Source: a virus
Length of the DNA stretch: 64,000 nt
Virus record (IMG/VR): IMGVR_UViG_3300032294_002877
Coordinates: 96,001 to 160,000 of that record
Strand: one strand, 5' to 3'
The translations under genes were made by a program, and so were the position numbers. The stretch's first letter is position 1. Every line of letters begins with the position of its first letter. Below, piece by piece: positions 28,965 to 39,240 of this stretch. The notes under the pieces were generated by a model, which had not been told where the DNA came from, did no database searches, and was given only the letters and a program-made list of their open reading frames with translations.

Positions 28965-30859
28965 ATGGACGTGAATAAAAGGTATGTGCCTTTACACGTC
29001 CATTCCTAGGTGAATCTCATTATTCACTTTTGGATGGACTTTCAAAACCCTCGCAGATAGCAGAAAGATGCGTCAATATTGGCGTAAACTCCTGCGCACT
29101 TACTGATCATGGAACCATATCGGGATGTGTTCAATTCTATCAAGAATTAAAAGCTAAAAAGATTAAGCCTATTCTTGGTTGTGAGCTATATTTATGTCAT
29201 CAAAATGCCACAATAAAGACTAAGGACAATTCATCCCTAAGTCATTTCATAGTTTTGGCTAAAAATTTTGCCGGTTGGAAAACACTGATCAAGATAGTAT
29301 CTGAAGCCAATAAACCAAATAAATTTTATCATAAGCCAAGATTAAGTATGGCTGAGTTAGCAGAATATTTAGACGGTAATATTATTGGGTTCTGTGGACA
29401 TCTAGGATCATATTTGTCCAATATAATAGAAAATAAAGACGGGTCTGAATCAAAGAAGTTGGGTATAGATTTTATCTCACAGATGAATGATATTTTTGGT
29501 AAAGGCAATTTCTTTTTAGAGTCTCAGCTAATGGACCAACAGCACAATCCTGCTCAAGTACAACTAACAGAATACATAAGAAACTTAGGTAGTGCGACAA
29601 ATACAAAAGTAATATGCACTCCCGATGCTCATTATTGTGAGAAAAGCGATGCTGTTGATCAGCGCATACTCCTATGCAACAATCTAAAGACTACTCTTGT
29701 TAATATAAATAAGAGATTATTAGATAATGAAGATGTTCCGATGTCGTGTTTTTTCAGATCGGACAACTATCATATTTTATCGCCAGAAGAGATGATAGAT
29801 ATTCATACAGAGGAAGAAATAGATAATACAAATTATCTTAACTCATTATGCGAAGAATACTCCATTCTTAGCAAACCATTACTTCCTCCCTTCTCTTGCC
29901 CAGACGGATACGATCCAGATGAGTATCTTAGGGAACTGTGTCGCAAAGGCTGGAGAGAAAAAATATCTAGTGTTATTGCTGAAAATGAGCAACAAGAATA
30001 TCTTGATAGAATCAAATACGAACTAGAAATTTTACAGGGTGCCGGGCTTAGTAGTTATTTTTTGATTGTTCAGGATATAGTCGAGTATGTTCGTCAACAA
30101 AATTGGCTTCCGGGTGTCGGTAGAGGTAGTGCTGCCGGATGTCTGGTGTCATATTTAATCGGAATTACTAATATTGATCCAATCAAGTATAACCTTCTAT
30201 TTGAAAGATTCTATAATGTTGGAAGAAATTCAGCTGATAGAATCTCAATGCCAGATATCGATGTTGACGTTCCGATCAACAAACGAGAGCTGATCATAGA
30301 ATACATAAAAAATAAATATGGTCAAGAAAAAGTATCTCAGATGATAACATATAATACTATGAAGGGTCGCGGTGCTCTAAAAGAAGTTCTACGAGTATAT
30401 GATAATATAACTTTTGAAGAGATGAATAAAATAACCAAAAATATACCTGATGAGGCTAAAATAGCGGACGAATTACAAGAGATGAAAGAAGATACTGGCG
30501 AATCCTCGATCATACGCTGGGCATTAGAAAATAATGTTGACAAACTCAAAGAGTGGTGCTATATTAATACTGATGGCACCCTGGCTGGGCCGTTGTCAAA
30601 AAGGTTTGAGCAGGCTATTCGTTTAGAGGGAACTAAATCTAATCAATCCAAACATGCGGCTGGAGTTGTGATATCTAGTCAAGAATTATCGAGTGTTTGT
30701 CCGATGGTTTATGATAGCAAAAATGATCAAGCAATAGCTGGTATGGAGATGCAAGATTTAGAAGCGATTGGTGTAATCAAGTTCGATATTTTAGGTATCG
30801 CTTTATTAGACAAAATGATGAACATATCAGACGTACTAAAAAATGGAGACTCTTTATGA
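28965..30859 (+). CDS. dnaE: DNA polymerase III alpha, N-terminal part (PHP plus catalytic palm), with an 11-nt interruption at 29007-29017
   Basis: AAAGGAG SD, then MDVNKRYVPLHVHS* in one frame and HYSLLDGLSKP, TDHG, GCELY, DAHY, GRGSAAG, PDIDVD, HAAG, KFDILG in another frame. Confidence 0.9.
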
Positions 30860-31035
30860 TTAAAACATTTGCAGAATTACCGGTTGGTGCTAGATTTTCG
30901 GTAGATAATATTGAATATATAAAAACAGAAACAATCAGAGTTAGCTGCTGTCAAAGCATAAATGCTGAACAAGTAGCCAATGCGTCAGTTAAGAACTTTT
31001 TTGCAGACGATAAAGCGGTAAATATTAATGCCTAA
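30856..31035 (+). CDS. Small hypothetical protein (59 aa; not in the ORF track)
   Basis: MIKTFAELPVGARF...RVSCCQSINA...NINA*. ATGA-coupled to dnaE-N and overlaps the exonuclease start. Confidence 0.65.
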   Translation: MIKTFAELPVGARFSVDNIEYIKTETIRVSCCQSINAEQVANASVKNFFADDKAVNINA

Positions 31036-31723
31036 TTTCCAAAAAATTTGTGTCTTTGATCTGGAAACGGACGGATCGAATCCAGACAAGTGTAGTCCTG
31101 TACAAATAGCGGCTGTGATGGTTGATCCATTGTCTTTGGATATTGTTCCAAATTCAGAATTCAATATTAATCTCAAACCAGAAGCTATTGAGGACAATCC
31201 TGAATATGCATATGCAGATAGCGATGTGTTAGACTTTCATGCTAAAGTTAGGGGATCTTCTAAGCAGGAGATTTTGAACGAATGGAAAGGATATCAGAAA
31301 CAGGATCTAGGATGGAAATTATTTGTTTCGTATCTAGAGATGTATCATATCAGATCCGATAAAAAATCTTGTTTTACGGCTCCTATTGCTGGTGGATTTA
31401 ATATAAATAGGTTTGATCTAAGAATTATAGATAGGCTTAGCGTGAAATATAATAATCTAAATAAAGAAGGTAGAAGCTCCTTATTCTATCCTAGAGATGT
31501 TATAGATGTAATGAATATGTTATTTTATTGGTTTGAAGGCAATAATGAGCTCAAGAACTACACACTAGATAATCTTAGAGATTACTTAGGATTAAGCAAA
31601 GAAGGGGCTCATGACGCATTGAAGGACGTCAAAGATACGGCCCAGATACTTGTAAGGTTTCTAAAGTTACACAGAAATTTATCCAAGAAAGTAAAATTTA
31701 AGGGATCGTTTGTTAATGTCTGA
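31028..31723 (+). CDS. DEDDh 3'-5' exonuclease (DnaQ/epsilon-like)
   Basis: FDLETDG (ExoI), GFNINRFD (ExoII), HDALKD (ExoIII). Confidence 0.9.
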   Translation: MPNFQKICVFDLETDGSNPDKCSPVQIAAVMVDPLSLDIVPNSEFNINLKPEAIEDNPEYAYADSDVLDFHAKVRGSSKQEILNEWKGYQKQDLGWKLFVSYLEMYHIRSDKKSCFTAPIAGGFNINRFDLRIIDRLSVKYNNLNKEGRSSLFYPRDVIDVMNMLFYWFEGNNELKNYTLDNLRDYLGLSKEGAHDALKDVKDTAQILVRFLKLHRNLSKKVKFKGSFVNV

Positions 31724-33344
31724 ATACTTTGTTTTTGACTGCGGATGCAAATTCCGTGTTTTGGATAACAGCGGAGAATTTCCTCTGATAGATTTTTCTC
31801 CAAAATTAGAGAATATTAATTTATCATGTTCTAGAACCTGGGATCTGATTAGTTCTGGAAATACTAAGGGTTGTTTTCAGTTAGAGTCTAGATTAGGACA
31901 AATGATGGCTAAAAAATTAAAGCCAGAGAATATAGAACAACTCTCGGCCTTAATTGCTGTGCTCAGACCAGGAACATTGGAGGCCATACGAGACGGTAAA
32001 AGCGTCACCAATCACTATATAGATAAAAAGAACGGTCTTGAGTCTATAGACTATTTCCATACTGCTTTAGAGCCTATTCTAGATAAAACGTATGGAGAAA
32101 TGATATATCAAGAACAAGCGATGGAAATTGCACAAACCATAGCGGGCTTCGATCTAAAAGAAGCGGACATGTTACGTAAAGCTATTGGTAAGAAAAAACC
32201 CGAGGAAATGGCCAAATTGAAAAACAAATTCATAGATGGATCTGTGAAGCAAAATATAGTCACGGAATCACAAGCAGAAGAAATTTTCGGATGGATTCAG
32301 AAAAGCCAACGATATAGCTTTAATAAATCGCATTCTGTTAGTTATGCTATTAATGCATATGTATCTGCGTATGCAAAAGCTCATTTTCCGAGAGTTTTTT
32401 TTGCTTCTTATCTAAAATTTGCTAAAGACAAAATAGACCCTCAAAGAGAAATTAAAGAATTGGTTAGAAATGCTAATGAGATGGATATTGGAGTAAGAAC
32501 ACCAGATTTCAGGAATCTAAACAGGTTCTTTCTGATTAAAAACAAAGAGATCTATTTTGGATTAACCGATATTAAAGGTGTCGGAGACTCTGTATATAAA
32601 AAAATAATAGATCTATGTAAGGATATAGATTTATCCAAAGCTAGCTGGCTAGACATTCTATTTAAAATATTATTGAATATTAATTCTACTGCGAGCAAAG
32701 CACTGATAAGCAGTGGAGCTATAGATTATTTTCATAAAAATAGAACAGAAATGCTATTTGAGTATGAGGTAGTATCTTCTTTTACTAAAAAAGAAATAGA
32801 AAAACTAATTGCTCTATATGAACAAGATCATAATATATCAGATTTAAATAAACTAATAGAATTAGGTATTAATGGTTCTATAGCGAATAAAAATAGAATA
32901 GAGATTTTTAAGAATTTACTAAAATCTTTACGTCATCCTCCGTATTCACTAACGGATAAAATAGAGTGGTTGTCTGATTCTGAAAATTCTTTACTAGGAG
33001 TATCAATAACTTGTTCGAAGCTAGACTCATACGATATAGAGATGACTAATACTAATTGTAAAACTTTTAAGACGACTCTATTATCTGATAAGATTGTTAT
33101 AGCAGGAGAGATAACGAATATAAATGTTGTTAAAACAAAGACTGGTAAAAATCCGGGACAAGAGATGGCTTTTATAAGTATAGAGGATCAGACAGGCATA
33201 CTGGATTCAGTCATAATGTTTCCGGAGCAATGGTCTAATTTCAAATCTCATTTATTCGTTGGAAATGTTCTGATTTTTGTAGGGAATAAGGCGAAAAACA
33301 AGGACGGTCTTATAGTTGAAAAGTGTTTTGTTCCGCGAACTTGA
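31716..33344 (+). CDS. dnaE: DNA polymerase III alpha, C-terminal part (fingers, HhH, OB fold)
   Basis: TKGCFQLES, RPG, IYQEQAM, ADMLRKAIGKK, YSFNKSHSVSY, FGLTDIKGVG, EMAFISIED. Confidence 0.9.
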   Translation: MSEYFVFDCGCKFRVLDNSGEFPLIDFSPKLENINLSCSRTWDLISSGNTKGCFQLESRLGQMMAKKLKPENIEQLSALIAVLRPGTLEAIRDGKSVTNHYIDKKNGLESIDYFHTALEPILDKTYGEMIYQEQAMEIAQTIAGFDLKEADMLRKAIGKKKPEEMAKLKNKFIDGSVKQNIVTESQAEEIFGWIQKSQRYSFNKSHSVSYAINAYVSAYAKAHFPRVFFASYLKFAKDKIDPQREIKELVRNANEMDIGVRTPDFRNLNRFFLIKNKEIYFGLTDIKGVGDSVYKKIIDLCKDIDLSKASWLDILFKILLNINSTASKALISSGAIDYFHKNRTEMLFEYEVVSSFTKKEIEKLIALYEQDHNISDLNKLIELGINGSIANKNRIEIFKNLLKSLRHPPYSLTDKIEWLSDSENSLLGVSITCSKLDSYDIEMTNTNCKTFKTTLLSDKIVIAGEITNINVVKTKTGKNPGQEMAFISIEDQTGILDSVIMFPEQWSNFKSHLFVGNVLIFVGNKAKNKDGLIVEKCFVPRT

Positions 33345-33368
33345 CACCCTCTCGGTTTCTTTTATCAT
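33341..33368 (+). promoter_or_regulatory. Sigma70-type promoter for ssb
   Basis: TTGACA (33341-46), 16 nt, TATCAT (33363-68); AAGGAG SD at 33397-402. Confidence 0.65.
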
Positions 33369-33408
33369 AGAATGTTGAGTTTTTCTTTTTTTAATCAAGG
33401 AGTTTGAT

Positions 33409-33780
33409 ATGAACATAACTATTTTGCGTGGTAATCTAGCACGAGATCCTGAGCTTAGGTCTGTTAACACAGGCGGTAAGCAAACTTCTGTAGTCAATTT
33501 TACAGTAGCTGTTTCTCGTGAATACACCAAGGCTTCTGGTGAGAAGGACAAGGTAACATCCTTTATCAATTGTGAAGCATGGGATACCGGCGCAGAAATT
33601 ATTGGGTCTTCTTTCAAGAAGGGCGATCTGGTTCTGGTAGAAGGATCTCTAAGGAATGACACATGGGAAAAGGACGGCGTGAAGCATAGTAGTCTAAAGG
33701 TAAGAGTTAATAACTTCTCTAAGATTACTAAGTTATCTAAGCCCACAAAGAACGAGGAAACAGAACCAGTAGCATTCTGA
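33409..33780 (+). CDS. ssb: Single-stranded DNA-binding protein
   Basis: ILRGNLARDPELR, NFTVAV, FINCEAW, KGDLVLVEGSL; acidic tail ending in F. Confidence 0.95.
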   Translation: MNITILRGNLARDPELRSVNTGGKQTSVVNFTVAVSREYTKASGEKDKVTSFINCEAWDTGAEIIGSSFKKGDLVLVEGSLRNDTWEKDGVKHSSLKVRVNNFSKITKLSKPTKNEETEPVAF

Positions 33781-33800
33781 GGCAAGGACGCTACTATCGA

Positions 33801-33834
33801 TAATAAGTAGGGGGCTTCGGCCCCTTATTTATTA
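33801..33834 (+). terminator. Intrinsic terminator after ssb
   Basis: GGGGC-TTCG-GCCCC (C(UUCG)G tetraloop) with an extendable stem and an AT-rich tail. Confidence 0.8.
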
Positions 33835-33856
33835 TGTATACTTACACATAAAATAT

Positions 33857-35521
33857 ATGAAGAATAAACTTAAGATTCTAATGTGTTCCGAGGCTAGTTT
33901 TCTTAGTTCTGGCTTTGGTATTTATGCGAAAGAGATATTATCCAGACTACATAATACTGGTAAATATGAGATAGCAGAATTTGCATCTTATGGTGTGGTA
34001 AATGATCCAAGAGATAAGACGATACCATGGAAATATTACGCCAATGCCGTTAAAGAAAACGATCCAAGACATAAAGAATATACTTCTAGAGGAGATAACC
34101 AATTTGGTAGGTGGAGATTTGAGAAAGTTCTATTAGACTTTAGGCCAGATGTGGTTATAGATGTTAGAGATTACTGGATGAGTCATTACGAAGGAATATC
34201 TCCGTTACGCAAGTTTTACCATTGGATACTAATGCCAACTGTTGATTCCGAACCTCAGCAAGAGGAATGGATGGATACATATTTGTCTGCTGATGCTATT
34301 TTTACATATTCGGACTGGGGAGCTGAAGTGTTAAAAAAACAAAGCTCTGACAAAGTTAATTACATAGCAACGGCGTCTCCGGGTGTGGATTTACAAACTT
34401 TCAAAATTCTACCAAATAAAATAGAGATTAAAAAAACTCTTGGACTACCTTTGGATTCTCTTATAATTGGATCGGTCATGAGAAACCAAAAACGTAAGCT
34501 AATACCAGAGTTAATGATTTCTTTTAGAAAATTTCTTGATATACTAGAACAATCTGGTAACCCATTAGGAGAAAAGACATACCTATATCTACATACTAGC
34601 TATCCAGATATGGGTTGGGATATTCCCGAACTATTGAAAGATAACAGATTGTCTAATCGTGTGCTATTCACTTATGCTTGTAGAAAATGTTCTTTTACAG
34701 AATCAACTGTCTATTTAGGGCCGAATAGAACATGCCCAAGATGTCTAAACAAGTCGATGACTATGCCATCTGTAACTAATGGTATTACATCAGAAAAATT
34801 ATGCGAAATATATAATACTTTTGATTTGTATGTTCAGTATGCTATATGTGAGGGTTTTGGTATGCCTCAAGTAGAGGCTGGAGCATGCGGTATTCCTATT
34901 GCGACTGTTGAATACAGTGCGATGGTGGACATTATTAAAAAACTAGATGCCATGAGCATAAAACCAAAAACACACTTTAAAGAATTAGAAACAAAAGCGA
35001 TTAGGGTATACCCAGATAACGATCAACTAGTTGATTGTATGATCGAAATAGCCTCATTGTCTGAATCGAAAAAAAATGAGAGAAGACTAAATACAAGAAA
35101 ATTAACAGAAAAATATTACAACTGGGATGATATAGCTTCAGTATGGGAAAGATACCTAGATCAAGTGGATCTGCACTATAGATCAAATTGGGATTCTCCT
35201 CCTCAATATATAGCAGACTCCCTACCTGATCCTTCTCAAGTAAATAATACTATTTTTTTCCATACAATGAAAACTATAACAGAAAATATAGCAACACATC
35301 ACAACAAATTATCTTCTATGCAAATGTTATATATGTTACAAAATTGCGACTATGGATTTTCTGGTGCCGGTGCAGGGCTGCAGAATTACAATTATAACAA
35401 TGTGTTGGAACATTTTAAAATAGAAATTGATAATATCAACCAGTCAGAAAATGTAAGATACAATAAAACAAAATTTAATGATGATTTTATTCAATACGCT
35501 CATATCAAAAGCAATACATAA
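33857..35521 (+). CDS. GT4-family (GT-B) glycosyltransferase with a zinc-ribbon insert
   Basis: SSGFGIYA, IGSVMRNQKRK, EGFGMPQVEAGACG (EX7E); CRKC...CPRC insert. Confidence 0.88.
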   Translation: MKNKLKILMCSEASFLSSGFGIYAKEILSRLHNTGKYEIAEFASYGVVNDPRDKTIPWKYYANAVKENDPRHKEYTSRGDNQFGRWRFEKVLLDFRPDVVIDVRDYWMSHYEGISPLRKFYHWILMPTVDSEPQQEEWMDTYLSADAIFTYSDWGAEVLKKQSSDKVNYIATASPGVDLQTFKILPNKIEIKKTLGLPLDSLIIGSVMRNQKRKLIPELMISFRKFLDILEQSGNPLGEKTYLYLHTSYPDMGWDIPELLKDNRLSNRVLFTYACRKCSFTESTVYLGPNRTCPRCLNKSMTMPSVTNGITSEKLCEIYNTFDLYVQYAICEGFGMPQVEAGACGIPIATVEYSAMVDIIKKLDAMSIKPKTHFKELETKAIRVYPDNDQLVDCMIEIASLSESKKNERRLNTRKLTEKYYNWDDIASVWERYLDQVDLHYRSNWDSPPQYIADSLPDPSQVNNTIFFHTMKTITENIATHHNKLSSMQMLYMLQNCDYGFSGAGAGLQNYNYNNVLEHFKIEIDNINQSENVRYNKTKFNDDFIQYAHIKSNT

Positions 35522-36543
35522 TGAATATACTCTATCTAGGACCGTATAGGCAAACCGATTATATAGGGCAGGTATCGTCTTTGCATATAGATTCTATAGC
35601 TCGTAAATTAAAAAAAGAAGATCGCCTAATTACAAGGGCCGTATATCTAGACTATTCTTTGTCAGATGGAACTTACACGACAAAAAAATATGAAAAAATA
35701 GATAATATTAACAAAATAGATACGATAGTGCAGTATTTGCCTATAGACTGTATGGCTATAAATACAGATACTTTCAATGTTGCGATACCCATTCTCGATG
35801 CAAAAATACACAATATAACAAATAATCCAGTATACAAAACATTAAATTTTTATGACAAGATCTTGGTTGATGACGATAAACAAAAAAATATTATTAGAGC
35901 AGTATGTTCAGATAAAAAGATCGGTATCTATGATGAAAAAATAACTGATTCTAAAATGCAGTTATTGAACCTTAGTCCAGAAAACGACCAAGTTTATAAA
36001 TTTGGCTTTATAGGACAATATAATAAAAATAAACAAATCATACAAAAAATACTCACTTCGTTTTTACTTTCAGTTAAAAATAATGATAATATCAGATTAT
36101 TTTTATTTTTGAGAGCTTTAGATAATGAAAAAAATGAACTTGTATCTTTTATTAAAGATCTACAAAATCAATTAGGAATACCTGAATATATAGACAGAAT
36201 ACAGAATATTTTTAGTATGTGGAATTTGGAAGAGAGTATTATTGCATTAAATTCAATTGATTGTCTAATATCAATTAATGACGACTACAAACAAACTCTT
36301 TATGAAAAATATTTTATAAATAGAGGAAACAACAACTATCTGATTAATAGAAATAATTTAATCAGCGTGGAAACACCAGTGACAAATACGCCATTCAGTC
36401 AGTCTTATTCCGATACTGTTAGTTCAGTATCCACCCAAGATCTGATTCAAAAAATTTCTTCAGCATCAGTAAATAATATTCAGAAAAATAAAAAAACAGA
36501 ACATCAGACTCTAGGCGAACACATATGCAAAATTCTAGCGTAG
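35521..36543 (+). CDS. Divergent GT-B-like protein
   Basis: MNILYLGPY start and KFGFIG; no EX7E motif. Confidence 0.55.
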   Translation: MNILYLGPYRQTDYIGQVSSLHIDSIARKLKKEDRLITRAVYLDYSLSDGTYTTKKYEKIDNINKIDTIVQYLPIDCMAINTDTFNVAIPILDAKIHNITNNPVYKTLNFYDKILVDDDKQKNIIRAVCSDKKIGIYDEKITDSKMQLLNLSPENDQVYKFGFIGQYNKNKQIIQKILTSFLLSVKNNDNIRLFLFLRALDNEKNELVSFIKDLQNQLGIPEYIDRIQNIFSMWNLEESIIALNSIDCLISINDDYKQTLYEKYFINRGNNNYLINRNNLISVETPVTNTPFSQSYSDTVSSVSTQDLIQKISSASVNNIQKNKKTEHQTLGEHICKILA

Positions 36544-37424
36544 CCAACAATATTACAAAAACAGTAAAGTCATGCTGCACAACAAGCGGTTCAAAACTAC
36601 ACATATTGTATGACGGAGCCGTATCATTATTCGATGATTTGTTAGATAGTTTAGACTATCTTAATATTTTCCCTTTAATGGCAGAGGATAAAAGGAAGTA
36701 TACGGATTTTATAGGTTATGATTTATTTTTATCTAATAATCCAGTGTGGGCTTCTTCTAATATAAGTCAACTATTAAGTTTTCATCTCAATATTGTGGTC
36801 TTTTTTCATAGTACATGTCCTAATAATTTCAAGAAGGAAGATAAGTTTCTTTTAAAGAATTCCTTAAAATATGTACATAAAATATTTTCTAGTGATATCG
36901 TAATGAGTAGTTGGGGTTTTGACACAACAGATGATAGATCATACACTATTGATTATGGTATTCGTAAACTGCCAATCAATCAGCCTAAGAATATAGATAT
37001 TTGTATTTTGAATATTAACAGCAACCCGTCTGTTAAAATGCTATATAACTATATCAAAAATGTCTATCCAAATACTATATTAGTAGACAATAGTAATTAT
37101 ACCAATATATATGAAACACTACTTAAATCTAAAATATGTATCGAAGCAGAATCAGAGTTTAATATTTATAGCGCAATAGCACATAAATGTTATGTTATAT
37201 CCTCTATGAAATCGTTATCGTGTGAAGGACTGATTAATATTCCCTCATATGACAATATACAAAAAGCTATAAATAGCATCTTATCTAACTATAATGAAGA
37301 TATGACAATACTTAACTCGGATTCTATACTAAAAAAGTATAGTCTGGATGAATTTGCTATGTCATTTGAAAAAATACTACGTAATATAATTAAGGAACCA
37401 TATATTTATGCAAAGAACATATAA
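36525..37424 (+). CDS. Divergent GT-B-like protein
   Basis: KSKICI...AIAHKCYVIS resembles a degenerate GT-B C-domain. Confidence 0.4.
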   Translation: MQNSSVANNITKTVKSCCTTSGSKLHILYDGAVSLFDDLLDSLDYLNIFPLMAEDKRKYTDFIGYDLFLSNNPVWASSNISQLLSFHLNIVVFFHSTCPNNFKKEDKFLLKNSLKYVHKIFSSDIVMSSWGFDTTDDRSYTIDYGIRKLPINQPKNIDICILNINSNPSVKMLYNYIKNVYPNTILVDNSNYTNIYETLLKSKICIEAESEFNIYSAIAHKCYVISSMKSLSCEGLINIPSYDNIQKAINSILSNYNEDMTILNSDSILKKYSLDEFAMSFEKILRNIIKEPYIYAKNI

Positions 37425-37839
37425 CATATATCATAGTAAATATAATAAAAATTTCATAGATAACTGTCATAATATTGATTTTTATGATATTGATAATATA
37501 ATTAATTATTCTGTAGATTTTATAAGATCGGATAGCTTCGAGTACTTAGATATAAGTTCCGTAAAAACAACCATAGATACACTTGTACATAAATTGAGAG
37601 TCGGTGGTGTCATGATGATATCTTTTTCGGACATGAAAAATTTATGCAAATCTTATTGTCATAACGGTATGTCTGACAATGATTTATTATTATCTATTCA
37701 AAATAAACATAGTATTCTGTCCGTAGACTTTTTACAGGATCTCATCAAAACAGCATACAAAGATGTTGGTATATCAAAAATAGAATTTGATCACAAAAAT
37801 AACAAAACCTACGTCTCTATAGAGAGAAAATCTATATGA
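37408..37839 (+). CDS. Hypothetical, methyltransferase-like fragment
   Basis: LVHKLRVGGVMMI resembles the SAM-MTase LkpGG motif. Confidence 0.35.
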   Translation: MQRTYNIYHSKYNKNFIDNCHNIDFYDIDNIINYSVDFIRSDSFEYLDISSVKTTIDTLVHKLRVGGVMMISFSDMKNLCKSYCHNGMSDNDLLLSIQNKHSILSVDFLQDLIKTAYKDVGISKIEFDHKNNKTYVSIERKSI

Positions 37840-38570
37840 ACACACCTTGTGAAAAATGCATCTTTTCTGACTATGCTGATAGTCAAGAGCCATGCAAATT
37901 TAATGTAATTCCATCAGCTAAAAAATATCATACTATCACAATCAAAAATAATTTTAACTATATACAAAATTACCGTTGTCCATACGCATTTAGTATTGAA
38001 TATTATAAGAGTAACTCAGACACTATTGGCGATATAGACAAGCTAGAGTCAGAACTTTTAAAAAGGGCGAGCATAGCGTACTATCTTATGATAGATATTC
38101 ATAACCCAGATAGCATAGCAGATACTTGTAAAAAGGTCAACAGCCTATCACCAGTACCAAAATTCGTATCTTTTATTTTGCATAAAGAAAATACCACGAA
38201 TTCTATCATAGACTCTATCAAGAATAAACTGGATCCAGAAATCCAATGGAAAGTACATAATTTTTTGGAGGACTCTTCAGTAGATCATATTATCTCTACT
38301 GTATTAGATACTAATATTGAAAATAATGATTCGAAATATTTTTGGTTTAATACAGATGCCGATATTCAACTGCTTGATAGCGATATAAAGTCTATAGGCA
38401 AAATTATAACTCTGGAGCAGCCTGAATGCAGTGCCATGTTTAGGACTATTGATCATAGCGGACTGTTCATATCATTTGATGTTTATAAAAACGTAAGATC
38501 CATGATTGATATTAATATTTTTTATGGCTTAAAAGCTATACCTAATGTAAAATTTAATTATTATGCTTAA
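37836..38570 (+). CDS. Hypothetical protein
   Basis: 244-aa ORF with N-terminal CEKC...C...C. Confidence 0.65.
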   Translation: MNTPCEKCIFSDYADSQEPCKFNVIPSAKKYHTITIKNNFNYIQNYRCPYAFSIEYYKSNSDTIGDIDKLESELLKRASIAYYLMIDIHNPDSIADTCKKVNSLSPVPKFVSFILHKENTTNSIIDSIKNKLDPEIQWKVHNFLEDSSVDHIISTVLDTNIENNDSKYFWFNTDADIQLLDSDIKSIGKIITLEQPECSAMFRTIDHSGLFISFDVYKNVRSMIDINIFYGLKAIPNVKFNYYA

Positions 38571-39240
38571 TGCTTTAATAGTAGCTCCAGAAATCACGAA
38601 AGGTATGAAGAGCATAGGGTCAAAAGCGCTTCTAAAACTAAAAAGCTCTACTACGATTATTGAGTATCAAATACAAGAACTTAAAAAAATAGATAAAAAA
38701 GTCAATATAACTATAGTTACGGGATTTGAATCAGAAAAAATTAAAAAGATATTACAAAAACAAAATAAGCTAAATATACTATATAATGACAATTATTTAA
38801 ATACGAACCAAGCAAAGTGCGTAGATATTTTTTTAAAAAACTATGACGTAGAAAATCTACTCATAATTAGTAATGGTGTGCTATTTAAGAATTCTGTTTT
38901 CAATATATCAGATATCGATAGATCCAAAATTTTCTTGATAGACAAACCAAAAACAAACTTTAACATAGGATGTTGTGACACAGGTAGCAATGAGAATATA
39001 GATTATCTGTTTTATGATTTACCAATATTGTGGTCGGAATGTGTCTTTTTAAATAATATAGCCATAAAGAAAATAAGAGAAATTTTTAAATCTAATACTA
39101 TAGATCAACTATACATATTTGAACTAATAAATATTTTGATTCATAATAATTTAGACATACAGAAAGTCTATATACCCAAAAAACATATCATGAAAATCAA
39201 TACTATTAAAGATCTTTCAAGAGCTAAAACTTTTATATGA
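38563..39240 (+). CDS. Sugar/choline-phosphate nucleotidyltransferase-like protein (divergent)
   Basis: KGMKSIGSKALLKL, TIIEYQI, ITIVTGFE, NDNYLNTN; lacks the canonical LAAG motif. Confidence 0.65.
   Translation: MLNALIVAPEITKGMKSIGSKALLKLKSSTTIIEYQIQELKKIDKKVNITIVTGFESEKIKKILQKQNKLNILYNDNYLNTNQAKCVDIFLKNYDVENLLIISNGVLFKNSVFNISDIDRSKIFLIDKPKTNFNIGCCDTGSNENIDYLFYDLPILWSECVFLNNIAIKKIREIFKSNTIDQLYIFELINILIHNNLDIQKVYIPKKHIMKINTIKDLSRAKTFI

Noticed and set aside
29007-29009. UAG stop-codon reassignment (genetic code 15) as the explanation for the dnaE stop
   Set aside because: Readthrough stays in the wrong frame (VNLIIHFWMDFQNPRR*). TAG also ends ordinary genes (15273, 42252, 58546), and no other ORF is broken by TAG.
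28979-29017. Simple -1 frameshift restoring dnaE
   Set aside because: Formally possible because the downstream frame is open from 28979. However, there is no slippery heptamer after the HVH codons, and it would insert LGES into the invariant HxHS-x-YS motif. Less parsimonious than a matched-codon hop, though not excluded.
30800-31850. Split intein in dnaE
   Set aside because: No intein block A at the end of the N-half and no His-Asn plus Cys/Ser/Thr at the start of the C-half.
33252-33785. 177-aa - strand ORF
   Set aside because: Antisense shadow of ssb with no motifs; it runs against a clear promoter, SD and terminator on the + strand.
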